Positions 15,047 through 24,324 of a stretch of DNA of 64,000 nucleotides are shown here, piece by piece. The stretch is taken from assembly GCA_016717115.1 (NCBI GenBank), contig JADKGE010000003.1, positions 85,037-149,036 of the forward strand. Reading direction: 5' to 3'. This DNA is from Actinomycetota bacterium (lineage in GTDB: Bacteria; Actinomycetota; Actinomycetes; S36-B12). How positions within the stretch are numbered: the first letter of the stretch is position 1; every line of letters starts with the position of its first letter. The notes under the pieces are model-generated. The model was not told where the DNA came from and searched no databases. It saw nothing but the letters and a program-made list of their open reading frames with translations. The translations under genes were made by a program, and so were the position numbers.

Positions 15047-15383
15047 GAACCGAGTAACCGTTTCTCTTGGCGAAACGCCTCCGTCGGCTACCCCACGGGT
15101 GTGCGCTGTCGGCGGGCCTGCCATGAGGGGGCCGTTCTGCGATGCCGCACCGCGGCTGGAACCTACCTAAGTGAGTGAGCATGTCAGTTGAGGCGCCGGG
15201 GGTTGTCACCCTCGCCGGAATCTATCTGTGGATCATGGTGCGGTGTCGGCCGTTACCGGGGCCGCGCTGCTGGTGGTGCGCAACGACGCCGCCACACAGG
15301 CCGCGGACGGGGTGAGCGGCACAGCACTCGTGTGGAGCCACCGTGCGAAAAGCCACCCCCGGTGCTCGCCGACATGGCGAGGC

Positions 15384-15626
15384 GCCTGTCCGGACTAGAT
15401 TCAATGGCTCTGGAGGGTTCGTCGTCCGCGCTGTCGCGTAATGCGTACGTGCGGGGTCCACATCCCCGAGGCGGCTCCAGGCAAGACGGACATACTGAAG
15501 GGCAAGTGCCCTGGTCGGGGCCGGACCAGCCGTCCGGTACGTCTCAGAGCGGGGAGCGGTGACCTTCTCCCCCGATCCAATGCGGACCGAGTCGCCGTAC
15601 ATCCGAGGTAGCGGCGAGTTGACATG
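15384..15626 (+). repeat. Structured intergenic element, copy C (B/C subtype)
   Basis: CTGGAG 15410-15415 is complementary to CTCCAG 15475-15480. The core hairpin is CGGGG 15452-15456, loop TCCACAT, CCCCG 15464-15468. A 45-nt block at 15469-15513 is about 93% identical to 5112-5156. A 3' hairpin lies at 15591-15617, then TTGACA at 15619-15624. Confidence 0.7.
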
Positions 15627-15758
15627 GGGGAATCCCCTGAGGAGGTCGCTGCGATCGAGCACGCGATCATTTCCAAGTTGATCGTGGCAGGCTTCGCCGC
15701 GGTGACCGTCACCTCGGTGATCGTCACCAGCATCATCGCGGGTGGCATCGGAGGCTGA
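15624..15758 (+). CDS. Possible 44-aa single-pass membrane peptide
   Basis: The ORF reads MGESPEEVAAIEHAIISKLIVAGFAAVTVTSVIVTSIIAGGIGG: an acidic N-terminus, one TM helix and a Gly-rich tail. Its ATG overlaps the TTGACA at the 3' edge of repeat copy C. No clear SD, so it could be leaderless. Confidence 0.3.
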   Translation: MGESPEEVAAIEHAIISKLIVAGFAAVTVTSVIVTSIIAGGIGG

Positions 15759-15864
15759 CCGGTGTGGCAATGTTGGAGCCGCAATCGCGCGGAATCCGCC
15801 CCTAGCTTTTCGCGTGGGAGAGGTGAAGCCGGACATCGGGCCGGCAACGGCAGCAGGAGGCATC

Positions 15865-16221
15865 GTGACCGAGTACCTCATCTACTTCAACCAGCAGTGG
15901 GTGGGCGACCACACCGAGGAGTGGTTCCGTCAACGTGGACCGCTCGCGATGGCGGTCATCGACGAGATGAGGGCTGCCGGCGTCTACGTGTTCGCCGGGG
16001 GCCTCGAGGAGGACGCCGGCAGGGCCTTCAGCGCAGACGCGACAAGTGGCGCTTTGTCGTTCACCGACGGGCCATTTGTTGAGACCAAGGAGTTCCTGGG
16101 CGGGTTCACAGTGGTGGACGTCGCCGACGACGAGGCAGCCAAGGTGTGGGCGGGCAGGATTGCCGAAGCTTGCGGCTGGCCCCAAGAGGTTCGCCGGTTC
16201 AAGTCGCGGCCGCAGGCCTAG
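15865..16221 (+). CDS. YCII-related domain protein
   Basis: GTG at 15865 lies 5 nt after AGGAGG. TEYLIYFNQQW...GVYVFAGGLEE...DGPFVETKEFLGGFTVVDVADDEAAKVWAGRI is typical YciI-like. Confidence 0.75.
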   Translation: MTEYLIYFNQQWVGDHTEEWFRQRGPLAMAVIDEMRAAGVYVFAGGLEEDAGRAFSADATSGALSFTDGPFVETKEFLGGFTVVDVADDEAAKVWAGRIAEACGWPQEVRRFKSRPQA

Positions 16222-16334
16222 GACCGCACAGTGACCCTTCCTGGAGGTTCGGCGGGGGCGGTGAGCCAAGGCGCGACAGGGACACAGCGACCAGCAGCCG
16301 CCCACGGGATGTTCGAAACTGAAGAGTTCACCCG

Positions 16335-16706
16335 GTGAGCGACGAGGGGCTTGCGCGCCCACCCGGAGCGTTCGTCATGGGCCTGATCGTCGTGCGGTTC
16401 CTGCTGGAACTCGCGCTCTGGTCGTCCTTCACGATCTCGTGCGTTCGGCTGATCGATGGGCCGCTCGGCTGGGTTGTTGGGGCGCTACTCACGTCGATGT
16501 CCATTGCGGTCTGGGCTGTGCTTCTATCCCCTCGTCGTCCCGTTCGGTTGCCGGTAGGGGCACGCGTCGCTGTTGAGCTGGCGTTGTTCATTGTCGCGGC
16601 CTCGCTCCTGGCTGCGGCGGGCCTCGCCATGGCCGGCGCCGTCTTGCTCGTGCTCGAACTGCTCGACCTCGGTCTCCTCCAGGGCCCCGACAAGCATGCA
16701 CTGTGA
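16335..16706 (+). CDS. DUF2568 (YrdB-like) small membrane protein
   Basis: VRFLLELALWSSF...AVWAVLLSPRRPVRLP...ELALFIVAASLL fits the pattern. GTG start at 16335, with an alternative ATG at 16377. Confidence 0.55.
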   Translation: MSDEGLARPPGAFVMGLIVVRFLLELALWSSFTISCVRLIDGPLGWVVGALLTSMSIAVWAVLLSPRRPVRLPVGARVAVELALFIVAASLLAAAGLAMAGAVLLVLELLDLGLLQGPDKHAL

Positions 16707-16893
16707 ACGTCTGTCGTCACCGAGCCCATTCACGTTGGCACGGTCTGATGCCCGTTGGGCTCATGCGATGCGCAAGTGCCTGGCGTCGAAGGATTCGGTG
16801 TCGTGACGGACCCCCCCGCCGCACTGCCGGCCCACGTCGGCCGCTGGCTCTGTCGACAAGGCTCCTCACCGCGGGCGTCAGCTACGCGTCCGA

Positions 16894-17199
16894 TCAACCA
16901 GCGCCACGAGGAGGCGTTCTATGAGGCCGTAGGGAAACACGCAGGTGCACGAGATGCAGCTCGTCGATCGAGAAGCACGGCATCTTGTAGCGCACCGATT
17001 GGCTGATCCCCGGTGCCGCACGATGAATGGCCTGCCGCACTTGCTGAGCGATCGTGTCCGCGTCGCCTTCGAGGACTGCCATGAAAGCATCAACGGCGTC
17101 GAAGGCTGTATCGATGCACGGACCTGGCCTCCGGGATCGCAGAGCGTAGCCGAATTCGCCAACTTGCAGGGATCGGTTGGCCGATCCGGCCAGCCGCAC
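16894..17199 (-). CDS. DUF1801 (YdhG-like) domain protein, possibly degraded
   Basis: VDAFMAVLEGDADTIAQQVRQAIHRAAPGISQSVRYKMPCF matches the DUF1801 N-terminal half. The expected C-terminal half is missing or sits in another frame (VFPYGLIERLLVALVD). Confidence 0.3.
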   Translation of the reverse strand: MRLAGSANRSLQVGEFGYALRSRRPGPCIDTAFDAVDAFMAVLEGDADTIAQQVRQAIHRAAPGISQSVRYKMPCFSIDELHLVHLRVSLRPHRTPPRGAG

Positions 17200-17278
17200 A
17201 ACGAGCGCTGAGCCGTGGCAGCACAGGCAGCCGCAGGGCGTCCGACCGCAGGACGCCTCCCCGGCGACCGCCTTCGGG

Positions 17279-17989
17279 TCAGGCGGGTTGGTCTGCGCCT
17301 GGGCGGGCCTTGGCGCCTTTGATGAGCAGCCAGAGAGCCAGGCCGACTTCCGCGATGAAGCTGATGGCCCACCCTGGATAGTTGAGGGCGGGATAGTCCG
17401 GCAGCAGCAACGCGCGCAAGAACCAGAACAGGTTGGCGATGCCGTCGAGGATCAGGAGCACGCCGAGGAACCTCGGGAGGAATCCTGACTTGTAGACCAG
17501 GTATCCCAGGGGGAACAGCCAGGCGCTGTAGAACAGTTGGGCCGTGACGAAGACCGTCTTGTAGACGCCGATGGACAGGTACGCCAGTCCGGTGAGTTGT
17601 TCGGCTGAATACGCCTGCAAGTGGCTGGCCTGGTCGCCTTGCAGCATGACGGAGATCAACGGCAGCATGCTCGCGCACTGGATGGCGACGCCCACGGCGT
17701 TGAGCAGAAGGAAGAGCAATGCGAGATGTCTGTTGACCGGACGCAGGAGGACGTAGAGGCCCCAGGCGGCGAGGAGGAAGAGGAATGCCGACAGGAGTGA
17801 GCTCACCAGTCCGAGGCGGAACATCGCGGTATTCGTGGTGATGCTCTCGTACAGACTGTCGGCGCTACTGAGCTCGATGTCTCCGAGCGTGCTCGCGAGC
17901 ACGGAAGTCAGGATGAAAGCGAGGAAGGCGCCGCCTGCGAACCGGGCGACCCTGTCCCGCGACCAGCCGTCATCGAGACTGGCGGACAT
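17279..17989 (-). CDS. DUF4386 family membrane protein
   Basis: 236 aa with 6 predicted TM helices. FRLGLVSSLLSAFLFLLAAWGLYVLLRPVNRHLALLFLLLN...LFPLGYLVYKSGFLPRFLGVLLIL is characteristic. Confidence 0.6.
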   Translation of the reverse strand: MSASLDDGWSRDRVARFAGGAFLAFILTSVLASTLGDIELSSADSLYESITTNTAMFRLGLVSSLLSAFLFLLAAWGLYVLLRPVNRHLALLFLLLNAVGVAIQCASMLPLISVMLQGDQASHLQAYSAEQLTGLAYLSIGVYKTVFVTAQLFYSAWLFPLGYLVYKSGFLPRFLGVLLILDGIANLFWFLRALLLPDYPALNYPGWAISFIAEVGLALWLLIKGAKARPGADQPA

Positions 17990-18198
17990 TCAGCCCCCTC
18001 CTCCCAGTCGGAGTGACGCCGAGCCCGCACGCGGACCCCGTCACCGTCAGGTTCCATGACCTGCCGCCAGGTCCCGCAGGCAGGAATCCCGCCCGGGCGA
18101 CGCTCAGCGAGGCATCCACTCCGAGGGTACGGTGCGCCCGGGTCCCATGCGAGGCAGAAGTTGGCACCTTCAGATGGCCCCGGAGCGGGCTCCCAACT

Positions 18199-18681
18199 TC
18201 ATGTGCTGTGATGCCGGTCGAGCCGGCCGAAAAGATAGCCGACAGATACTCCCAGTGCGAGGATCCGCAGCACGTTGAACAGTGCGGCGATGAGGAAGTA
18301 GCGCGGCGCATCGCTCATTGCGGTCCCGAACTTGGCGGGGCCTTCGACAACCAGTGTGACCACGACGAAGACGGCGGAACACAGCAGCAGAGATTTCACC
18401 ATGGGACTGGTCGACGGAATCCAGTCGAAGAAGCGGACCAAGCAGTAGCTGACGCATAAGCCGATCAGCAGGCCGCCCAACAGCGCCTCCAGGAGCATCG
18501 AAGGGTATTGGATGGCAAGGGCTTCGCGATACTCCGCGGCGAGGGGCGTCAGGGAGATGGCGAAATTGGCGACCCAGAATCCCAGCCCTCCTACCAAGGC
18601 CAGGAGTGCGATCCTTCTCCGCGCCAACTGGGACTGGGACACGCTGCTCCTTCCTTCCGTGCGGGTGTCGGCCGCAACCAC
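18199..18681 (-). CDS. Hypothetical 4-TM membrane protein
   Basis: 160-aa ORF with hydrophobic helices and sensible codon usage. No family recognised. Confidence 0.45.
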   Translation of the reverse strand: MVAADTRTEGRSSVSQSQLARRRIALLALVGGLGFWVANFAISLTPLAAEYREALAIQYPSMLLEALLGGLLIGLCVSYCLVRFFDWIPSTSPMVKSLLLCSAVFVVVTLVVEGPAKFGTAMSDAPRYFLIAALFNVLRILALGVSVGYLFGRLDRHHST

Positions 18682-18854
18682 AAGGTGCCGCCGGCGTTGA
18701 CGGTCCCTCGCGACGCCCGCCCGCCCAGTCTCCTCGCGGGCAAACGTTGATGCTTCGACGGAAGACGAACCTCGGTGGAAACCGAGCCGTGAGACCGGGC
18801 GTGACGCTAGGGGGACGGTCGCGTCCGCGCCTGGGAACCCAGCGTGACGAGCGG

Positions 18855-19110
18855 GGGCACCTGGGTGTCACTCAATGGCACGAGAGTCATTGATACGCAG
18901 AAGAACCCCAAGGGTGAATCCCTGCCTGGGTAGGTCTCGCAGTGCGTGGGTCCGGGGTGGGGAGGAGCGATAGCGACGGTTCCCCCCGGGCGGCCCCACA
19001 GGAAGGGGATTGCGCTGCAACGACTCTTGGCATTGCACGTTGGCAAGGTGAGCTTCGGACATAGCCGCTTGGTTTCGCCCTCGCGCCTTCCTTCGCTCTT
19101 TCCCGAGATC
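18855..19110 (+). repeat. Structured intergenic element, copy D (A/D subtype)
   Basis: GGTGTCACTC at 18864. The core GGTCTCGCAGTGCGTGGGTCCGGGG-[TGGGGAGGAGCGATAGCGACGGTT]-CCCCCCGGGCGGCCCC spans 18933-18996. CTGCAACGACT at 19015 and the TTTCGCCCT motif match copy A. Confidence 0.7.
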
Positions 19111-19163
19111 CGCGCGCTCACGTAGCGTTTCCGTTGGCCCTGCGCCGTCACTACCCTCGAGGG

Positions 19164-20633
19164 ATGTCGACCCTGCCTCGCATCGTGCGCACGGCGTCAC
19201 TGGCGGCGGGCCTCGCAGCGCTTGTCACCGTCGCCATGCCGGCCACTCAGGCAACGAGCACCGCCGCCGGCTTCAATCCCGGCGTGATCGCGGCGTATTC
19301 CATCGCGGCACCCGCATCTGAGGCCGCCTCACGGCTGATCGCCCGCGCGGTAATCCCCCGCGGAGCGGCGTGCCCGAACATCGTGGTCCGCGTGTCGGGA
19401 CGATCGACACCCGACGAGGTCGTCATGTACGGCCGCAATCTGCCCGACTCGACGGCCCCGGCATTCGAATCCATCACGGTGTGCTCAGCGCGTATACCCG
19501 ACAAGGCCATTTCGGCCAGCATCATGGGCCATCCGATCCCAGCCCACCTGCCCACGCGCGTAGGTAGCCTGGCACTGTTCAGCGACACCGGGTGCCGCAT
19601 CAAGCCGCCCCATCTGCAGGACTGCGCCGACCTCAACAGTTGGCCCTTGGCGAGCATCGCTGAGTCCATCGTCGAGGAGCAGCCCGACGCCGTGGTCTTC
19701 GCCGGTGACTTCTTCTACCGCGAGGCACCATGTCCGGCAGAGGTCCAGAACTGGTGCGGATCCAGCCCGCCTCCGGTGGCCGGACTGCCGTTCAAGGACA
19801 GCGCCTACGGCTGGATCGCCGAGGTGCTCCTGCCCATGGCACCACTCCTGTCGACCGCCCCGCTGATCATCGCCCGGGGCAACCACGAGGCGTGCAATCG
19901 CGGAGGCAACGGGTACTTCTTGCTTTTCGACCCACGCCGCGACACGACGGCAGCGTGCGCACCGATCGCCGGCCCGGCGGGTCTCACCGCTCCCGAGACG
20001 ACTCCTACCGCGACGTACACGGTCGATCTGCCCATTACCGCGGATCGCACGCTGCGGCTGGCGATCGTCGATACGGCGGGGGGCGCCGACACCTTCTCCG
20101 ACGCCTTCGCCCCGATCCAGCGTCCGTCGTTCGAGGCCGCCGCGAACCTGACCACGCCTCGCGACGGCGTGGAGAACTGGCTGATCACCCACCGGCCCGT
20201 CTTCGGATACGCCAGCCCGCTGATGGATGGCCCGCCGGTGCCCTTCGACCCGTGGGTGGGGGCCGACTCCCAGACGGCAGCGTCCTTCGGCCTCCTGGAT
20301 CACTTCGACCTAGTGTTCTCCTCGCACATCCACATCGGTCAGGCAGTTCAGATCCCTGGCCAACCCGGACAGTTGATCCTCGGGAACGGCGGGACGCTCC
20401 TCGATCCGCTGACCGGCTACCCGCTGCCCACGACCGGACCGACCGACACGGCAGGTCAGGCCTACCCGCCGCCGGTTTCCGCCTGGATCGCACCGCGCTT
20501 CGGCTACGCGATTGCTCGGCCGAACGCACAGGCCGGCTCGTGGCGGATTGACATGAAGGATCCGTCAGGTCATCAGTTCGCCCGCTGCGGTGTCGCCAAC
20601 CGGCAGATCTTCTGCCGCGACCTGCCTCGCTGA
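19164..20633 (+). CDS. Secreted calcineurin-like metallophosphoesterase
   Basis: ATG at 19164 with a signal-like N-terminus. VVFAGDFFY, ARGNHEAC and SSHIHIGQ are metallophosphoesterase motifs. Confidence 0.65.
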   Translation: MSTLPRIVRTASLAAGLAALVTVAMPATQATSTAAGFNPGVIAAYSIAAPASEAASRLIARAVIPRGAACPNIVVRVSGRSTPDEVVMYGRNLPDSTAPAFESITVCSARIPDKAISASIMGHPIPAHLPTRVGSLALFSDTGCRIKPPHLQDCADLNSWPLASIAESIVEEQPDAVVFAGDFFYREAPCPAEVQNWCGSSPPPVAGLPFKDSAYGWIAEVLLPMAPLLSTAPLIIARGNHEACNRGGNGYFLLFDPRRDTTAACAPIAGPAGLTAPETTPTATYTVDLPITADRTLRLAIVDTAGGADTFSDAFAPIQRPSFEAAANLTTPRDGVENWLITHRPVFGYASPLMDGPPVPFDPWVGADSQTAASFGLLDHFDLVFSSHIHIGQAVQIPGQPGQLILGNGGTLLDPLTGYPLPTTGPTDTAGQAYPPPVSAWIAPRFGYAIARPNAQAGSWRIDMKDPSGHQFARCGVANRQIFCRDLPR

Positions 20634-20783
20634 ATCGAGGCGTCTAGCGCAGGACTCCGTCAGTGAGGCCGAGGGTGTGAGCGGGCACCACCGGCAGCCC
20701 GAGCTCGGCGGACATGGCCAGCAGTCCTTCCATGATGTAATCGTCGCCTCCTTCGTCCTCGTCCTGCTCGAACTCAGCTTCGG

Positions 20784-21254
20784 CTAGAGCGCCAGTTTCA
20801 TCCTCGGGGCCCGGGCGAGGCTGAATCCGACCCGTTCGTAGATGCGCTGCCCGTCCGCCGTGGCACTGAGATCGACGCGGTCAGCGTTAATCGAACGGGC
20901 CCACTCGATCACGTCGCGAACAAGGAGCGTTCCGTAACCGCTACGGCGGTGCTCCGGCAGGGTGACGAGGTTGGCGAGCCGGACCGTTCGTCCCTGAGGG
21001 CAGTGTGGGTTGGGAACGCCGAGTTCCAAGGTGCCGATGGCCGTAGCCACGACGGTGCCTTCGATCTCGATCAAGGGGAATCGAGCCAGGTGTCGGTCCT
21101 CGACAGCGCGGGCGAACCACTCAAGTGCGTGGGGGGTCCACGTGAGCGCATGAGCCCCTTCATCCTGGTCGAACACCAACGCCCACAAGCGGACCAGTTG
21201 CGCGGAATCAGCCGGTGTGGCTGGGCGGATGCGAACCTCGTCTGGGGCGCTCAT
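20784..21254 (-). CDS. GNAT family N-acetyltransferase
   Basis: From the ATG at 21254, IRPATPADSAQLVRLW...LVTLPEHRRSGYGTLLVRDVIEWARS...YERVGF shows the acetyl-CoA motif A R-R-S-G-Y-G. Confidence 0.8.
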   Translation of the reverse strand: MSAPDEVRIRPATPADSAQLVRLWALVFDQDEGAHALTWTPHALEWFARAVEDRHLARFPLIEIEGTVVATAIGTLELGVPNPHCPQGRTVRLANLVTLPEHRRSGYGTLLVRDVIEWARSINADRVDLSATADGQRIYERVGFSLARAPRMKLAL

Positions 21255-21408
21255 GGCGTCATGGTGCCCTAGCCGAATCGACACAGTGCGAAGTTGAGAC
21301 TGACGCGCTGGCACAGTGCCGCGAAACTGGGTGAGGTCGAGGTCCGATTGGATGTGCCGGTGAACCCGTGACGATGCATCGTTCGGTGGCTGTGGCACGG
21401 GGCATGGA

Positions 21409-22050
21409 TCAAGCGGCCAGGTGGAAGGTGTTCGCAAACCGGTCGAGGAGGTCACCACGACCTCGCAGAACCTCGATCACCCCCGTCGCGATCGCACGAT
21501 CAGGTGAAAGCTCGCCGGAGATGAGTCGGCGGATGCCCGGGCCGGCGGCGAACGCCAGGTCGGCTGGTCCGTCGCCGCGCGCCACGCTAAGGGTGGGACC
21601 GTCCACCCGGATGAGCAGTTCCGCGGCACCGAGGCGCGCCGCGTAGGCGGTGGCCGGCAGGGTCGCAGCGACCCGCGGCCTGAAGGCGGTGCGCAGGCCC
21701 ATCGTCATCGAGTCGGGGGTGATGATCTGCTCCTCACGCGGATCACCCATCGCCTTGAAGCCCCAAGCGCCGAGCGCCAGGACGACCGGTTCGAGCTCGC
21801 GGCCATACGCCGTCAGCTCGTAGATGATGACGCGCGAGCGCGGCACCCGGCGGATGACGCCGGCTGCCTGAAGCTCCTTCAGCCGCGCAGCCAGGATGTT
21901 GCTCGGGATCCGCGGCAGCCCCGATGCGAGTTCGCCATATCGGCGCGGCCCGACGAGCAGGTCACGAATGATGAGCACGGCCCAGCGTTCGCCCACCAGT
22001 TCCAGGGCACGCGTCACCCCGCAGTACTGCCCGTATTCGCGTGCGGCCAC
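21409..22050 (-). CDS. HxlR-family winged-helix regulator with C-terminal SCP2-like extension
   Basis: CGVTRALELVGERWAVLIIRDLLVGPRRYGELASGLPRIPSNILAARLKELQAAGVI. Lies 5 nt downstream of the VOC gene on the same strand. Confidence 0.8.
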   Translation of the reverse strand: MAAREYGQYCGVTRALELVGERWAVLIIRDLLVGPRRYGELASGLPRIPSNILAARLKELQAAGVIRRVPRSRVIIYELTAYGRELEPVVLALGAWGFKAMGDPREEQIITPDSMTMGLRTAFRPRVAATLPATAYAARLGAAELLIRVDGPTLSVARGDGPADLAFAAGPGIRRLISGELSPDRAIATGVIEVLRGRGDLLDRFANTFHLAA

Positions 22051-22055
22051 TGACC

Positions 22056-22490
22056 TCAGGCCTGCTTGCTCGCCACGGCTTCGGGACCCTGCTGGGCAGC
22101 GGTTGGGTCCATCCAGCCGAACTCGAGGCCGTTGCCGTCGGGATCGGTGATCCCGCGCTGGTACATGAAGCCGTAGTCCGAGGCGGGCCGCGGCTCGGAG
22201 CCGCCCGCGGCGAGACCGGCTGCGGCGGCCGCGTCGACGGCCTCGCGGCTGTCGACGAAGATGGCGACCGCCGAGGCGGGGCTCACCTTCGGGTCGCCGA
22301 GCGGAAGGTCGGTGAAGGTCTGGAAGAACTCGCGGGTCAGGATCATGATGGCGCTGTGGTCCTCTTCGACGACGACGCAGGCCGCGTTGTGGTCGGTGAA
22401 CAGAGGGTTGATGGTGAACCCGAGCGCCGTGTAGAAGGCCTTCGCCCGTTCAAGGTCCGTCACGGGCAGGCTGACGAACATCGCGGTCAT
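22056..22490 (-). CDS. VOC / glyoxalase-bleomycin resistance family protein
   Basis: ATG at 22490 follows GGAG. MFVSLPVTDLERAKAFYTALGF...GFMYQRGITDPDGNGLEF. Confidence 0.75.
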   Translation of the reverse strand: MTAMFVSLPVTDLERAKAFYTALGFTINPLFTDHNAACVVVEEDHSAIMILTREFFQTFTDLPLGDPKVSPASAVAIFVDSREAVDAAAAAGLAAGGSEPRPASDYGFMYQRGITDPDGNGLEFGWMDPTAAQQGPEAVASKQA

Positions 22491-22529
22491 GGTGGACTCC
22501 CTCTGGTGGTTCCGGCGTGGACGGGAGAA

Positions 22530-22548
22530 CACTTGCAAAAAACAAGTG
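22530..22548. promoter_or_regulatory. Inverted repeat CACTTG-N7-CAAGTG, candidate HxlR operator
   Basis: Lies 40 nt upstream of the VOC-HxlR operon start, in the only A-rich stretch (CAAAAAA) of that intergenic region. Confidence 0.35.
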
Positions 22549-22689
22549 GTGCGTCAAGACCCGAGGCTCGCCCGGCTCAGATAGCCGACGTACGGCTCAT
22601 GAGGCGGCTGCGGGTCTAGACACCTACGCCACGGCTGACGAGCTCTGGCGGATCAAGCCGTGGACAGGCACGGCAGCCTGATCGGGAAA

Positions 22690-22790
22690 CGCCTCGGGTG
22701 TGCCCCGGAACATGGCGTAGGCATGGCCGACCATGCCGGGGCAAACGGAATATGCACGGGTGAGGGCGTGTTCCCGAGTGGCTTGCGAAT
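22690..22790 (+). repeat. Candidate degenerate copy of the structured element (K)
   Basis: CCTCGGGTG...ATGGCGTAGG-[CATGGCCGACCATG insertion]-CCGGGG-[31 nt]-TTCCCGAGTGGCT has the same block order as copy A (CCTCGAGGCG...AATGCGTAGG-TCCGGGG-loop-TTCCCCGAGGCGGCC). Confidence 0.35.
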
Positions 22791-22803
22791 GGCTCCCATG
22801 CGC

Positions 22804-24267
22804 TCAATACACGGGCTTGATCCCAAAGGCGGTTGTCTTGGCACGGCTGACGTGCTTGAGCAGCTTCATGCCGTACTTGTAGAGCTGGGAATCCACCGCG
22901 CCGATAGCGTCCCTGGGGACGCCATCGATCGACTCGATGAAGTCGGCGAACGTGCCGGCCACTTTGGATAGTCGATCCTTGGCCACGAATTCGAAGGCGT
23001 CGTCGTCCGTGAGGAGATACACCGGATTGGTGATGTAGTTGACGACAGGCACGCCCGCGGCGTACCAATCGCCACCATCGGTGGGGGGATAATCGCCCAA
23101 CGGTCCCTCGGCGGGGAGGAGGACCATGCGGCTGAGTTCGTTGGTCTTGGCCGCGTCAAGGAGCAGTCCCGTCACGGTGCGGTTCATGGGCACGAACACC
23201 CCGGCCGCCTCAGCGAGTCCTGTGGGCACCAGCCGTTGCTGGTCGTCCTCGACAGCCTCGAGCGCGATGTGCTCGATGGTGATCTCAAGTGCCGTGTGCT
23301 TCACGACGTCATCTCTGTGCGACTCGATGAAGGTCCTCGTGCCCAGTGATCCGTAGAAGTGCCCCGCGGTGAGCACGACGACCAGCCTGCGCTTGAGGCC
23401 CCTCTGCTGGGCGAAGTGCCGGGCAAGTGCGAGCACCACCGCCACGCCACTGGCGTCCTCGACGGGCGAGGCGAATGGCGAGTCGTGGTGGCAGGTCAGG
23501 ACTATGGTCTCGTCGCTCGATCCCGGAATCTCGCCCACGATGTTGTGCATGGTTCCCGGCTCTCGGATGCCGGCGAGCCTCAGGCGGGCCTTGCCGTCGC
23601 CGCTCTCGGCCGCCTTGCGAAGCCACGATGCCTCGTCCCGGCCGACCCAGAACCCAGGGATGGGCTTGTCGAGGATGTCCTTCTCCCGGAAGCCATAGGG
23701 GGCGTACATGTGGCAACTTCCCCCAGGCTGGTCCTTCACGATTCCTATGAAACCCACTGCCCCCCGTTTGGCCGCCAGGTGGTAGAGGTGCCACCCGAGT
23801 CGGACCCACGTGGCGGGGTGCTTGACGAGGTCGAGGCTGCCGTCGGGATCGTACTGGCCGAGGCTGAACTTCCTGAGCAGCTTCACATCCAGGTCCGGGA
23901 AGCTGATTTCGGTGACCACGATGGCTCCGTTCCAGTCGGCCCGATGCCAGAGTGTGGCCGGGTCGGCGAAGACCAGTCGAGCTTCTCGGCCTTCTGGCGG
24001 CGTAAACGCCGAGTAGGGGATGGGGAACGAGTCCACCTGCTCGAAGCCCGAGCCCGCGTCGATTTCGACCGAGTGCGTCTCCGCGGCCCAGTGGGTGATG
24101 GGGATGGCCTCCCGACGAACCTTCTCGAGCCCGAAATCGCGCAGGTGCGCCTCGATGTAGTCCTCGTTCTGCCGATCCGCCGCACTTCCCGCGCGGCGAG
24201 CACCCATGTTCGCCTGATCCCTGATCCACTGGAACATTTCTTCGTTGTCGAACCGGTCGCTGGGCAT
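22804..24267 (-). CDS. M28-family metallopeptidase with PA domain
   Basis: ATG at 24267 lies 5 nt after GAGGAG. ...HHDSPFASPVEDASGVAVVLALARHF...LTAGHFYGSLGTRTFI is a typical M28 arrangement. Confidence 0.65.
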   Translation of the reverse strand: MPSDRFDNEEMFQWIRDQANMGARRAGSAADRQNEDYIEAHLRDFGLEKVRREAIPITHWAAETHSVEIDAGSGFEQVDSFPIPYSAFTPPEGREARLVFADPATLWHRADWNGAIVVTEISFPDLDVKLLRKFSLGQYDPDGSLDLVKHPATWVRLGWHLYHLAAKRGAVGFIGIVKDQPGGSCHMYAPYGFREKDILDKPIPGFWVGRDEASWLRKAAESGDGKARLRLAGIREPGTMHNIVGEIPGSSDETIVLTCHHDSPFASPVEDASGVAVVLALARHFAQQRGLKRRLVVVLTAGHFYGSLGTRTFIESHRDDVVKHTALEITIEHIALEAVEDDQQRLVPTGLAEAAGVFVPMNRTVTGLLLDAAKTNELSRMVLLPAEGPLGDYPPTDGGDWYAAGVPVVNYITNPVYLLTDDDAFEFVAKDRLSKVAGTFADFIESIDGVPRDAIGAVDSQLYKYGMKLLKHVSRAKTTAFGIKPVY

Positions 24268-24324
24268 GGCCGCTCCTCGCATGGTTGCCGTGACTCTCGT
24301 CGGGCCCCAGCCCAGACCATAGCC

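Noticed and set aside
20644-20733. A 29-codon ORF (MEGLLAMSAELGLPVVPAHTLGLTDGVLR) immediately downstream of, and in frame with, the GNAT stop codon.
   Set aside because: It is too short, the SD spacing is poor (13 nt), and no family is recognisable. It may be a gene remnant, but the support is insufficient.
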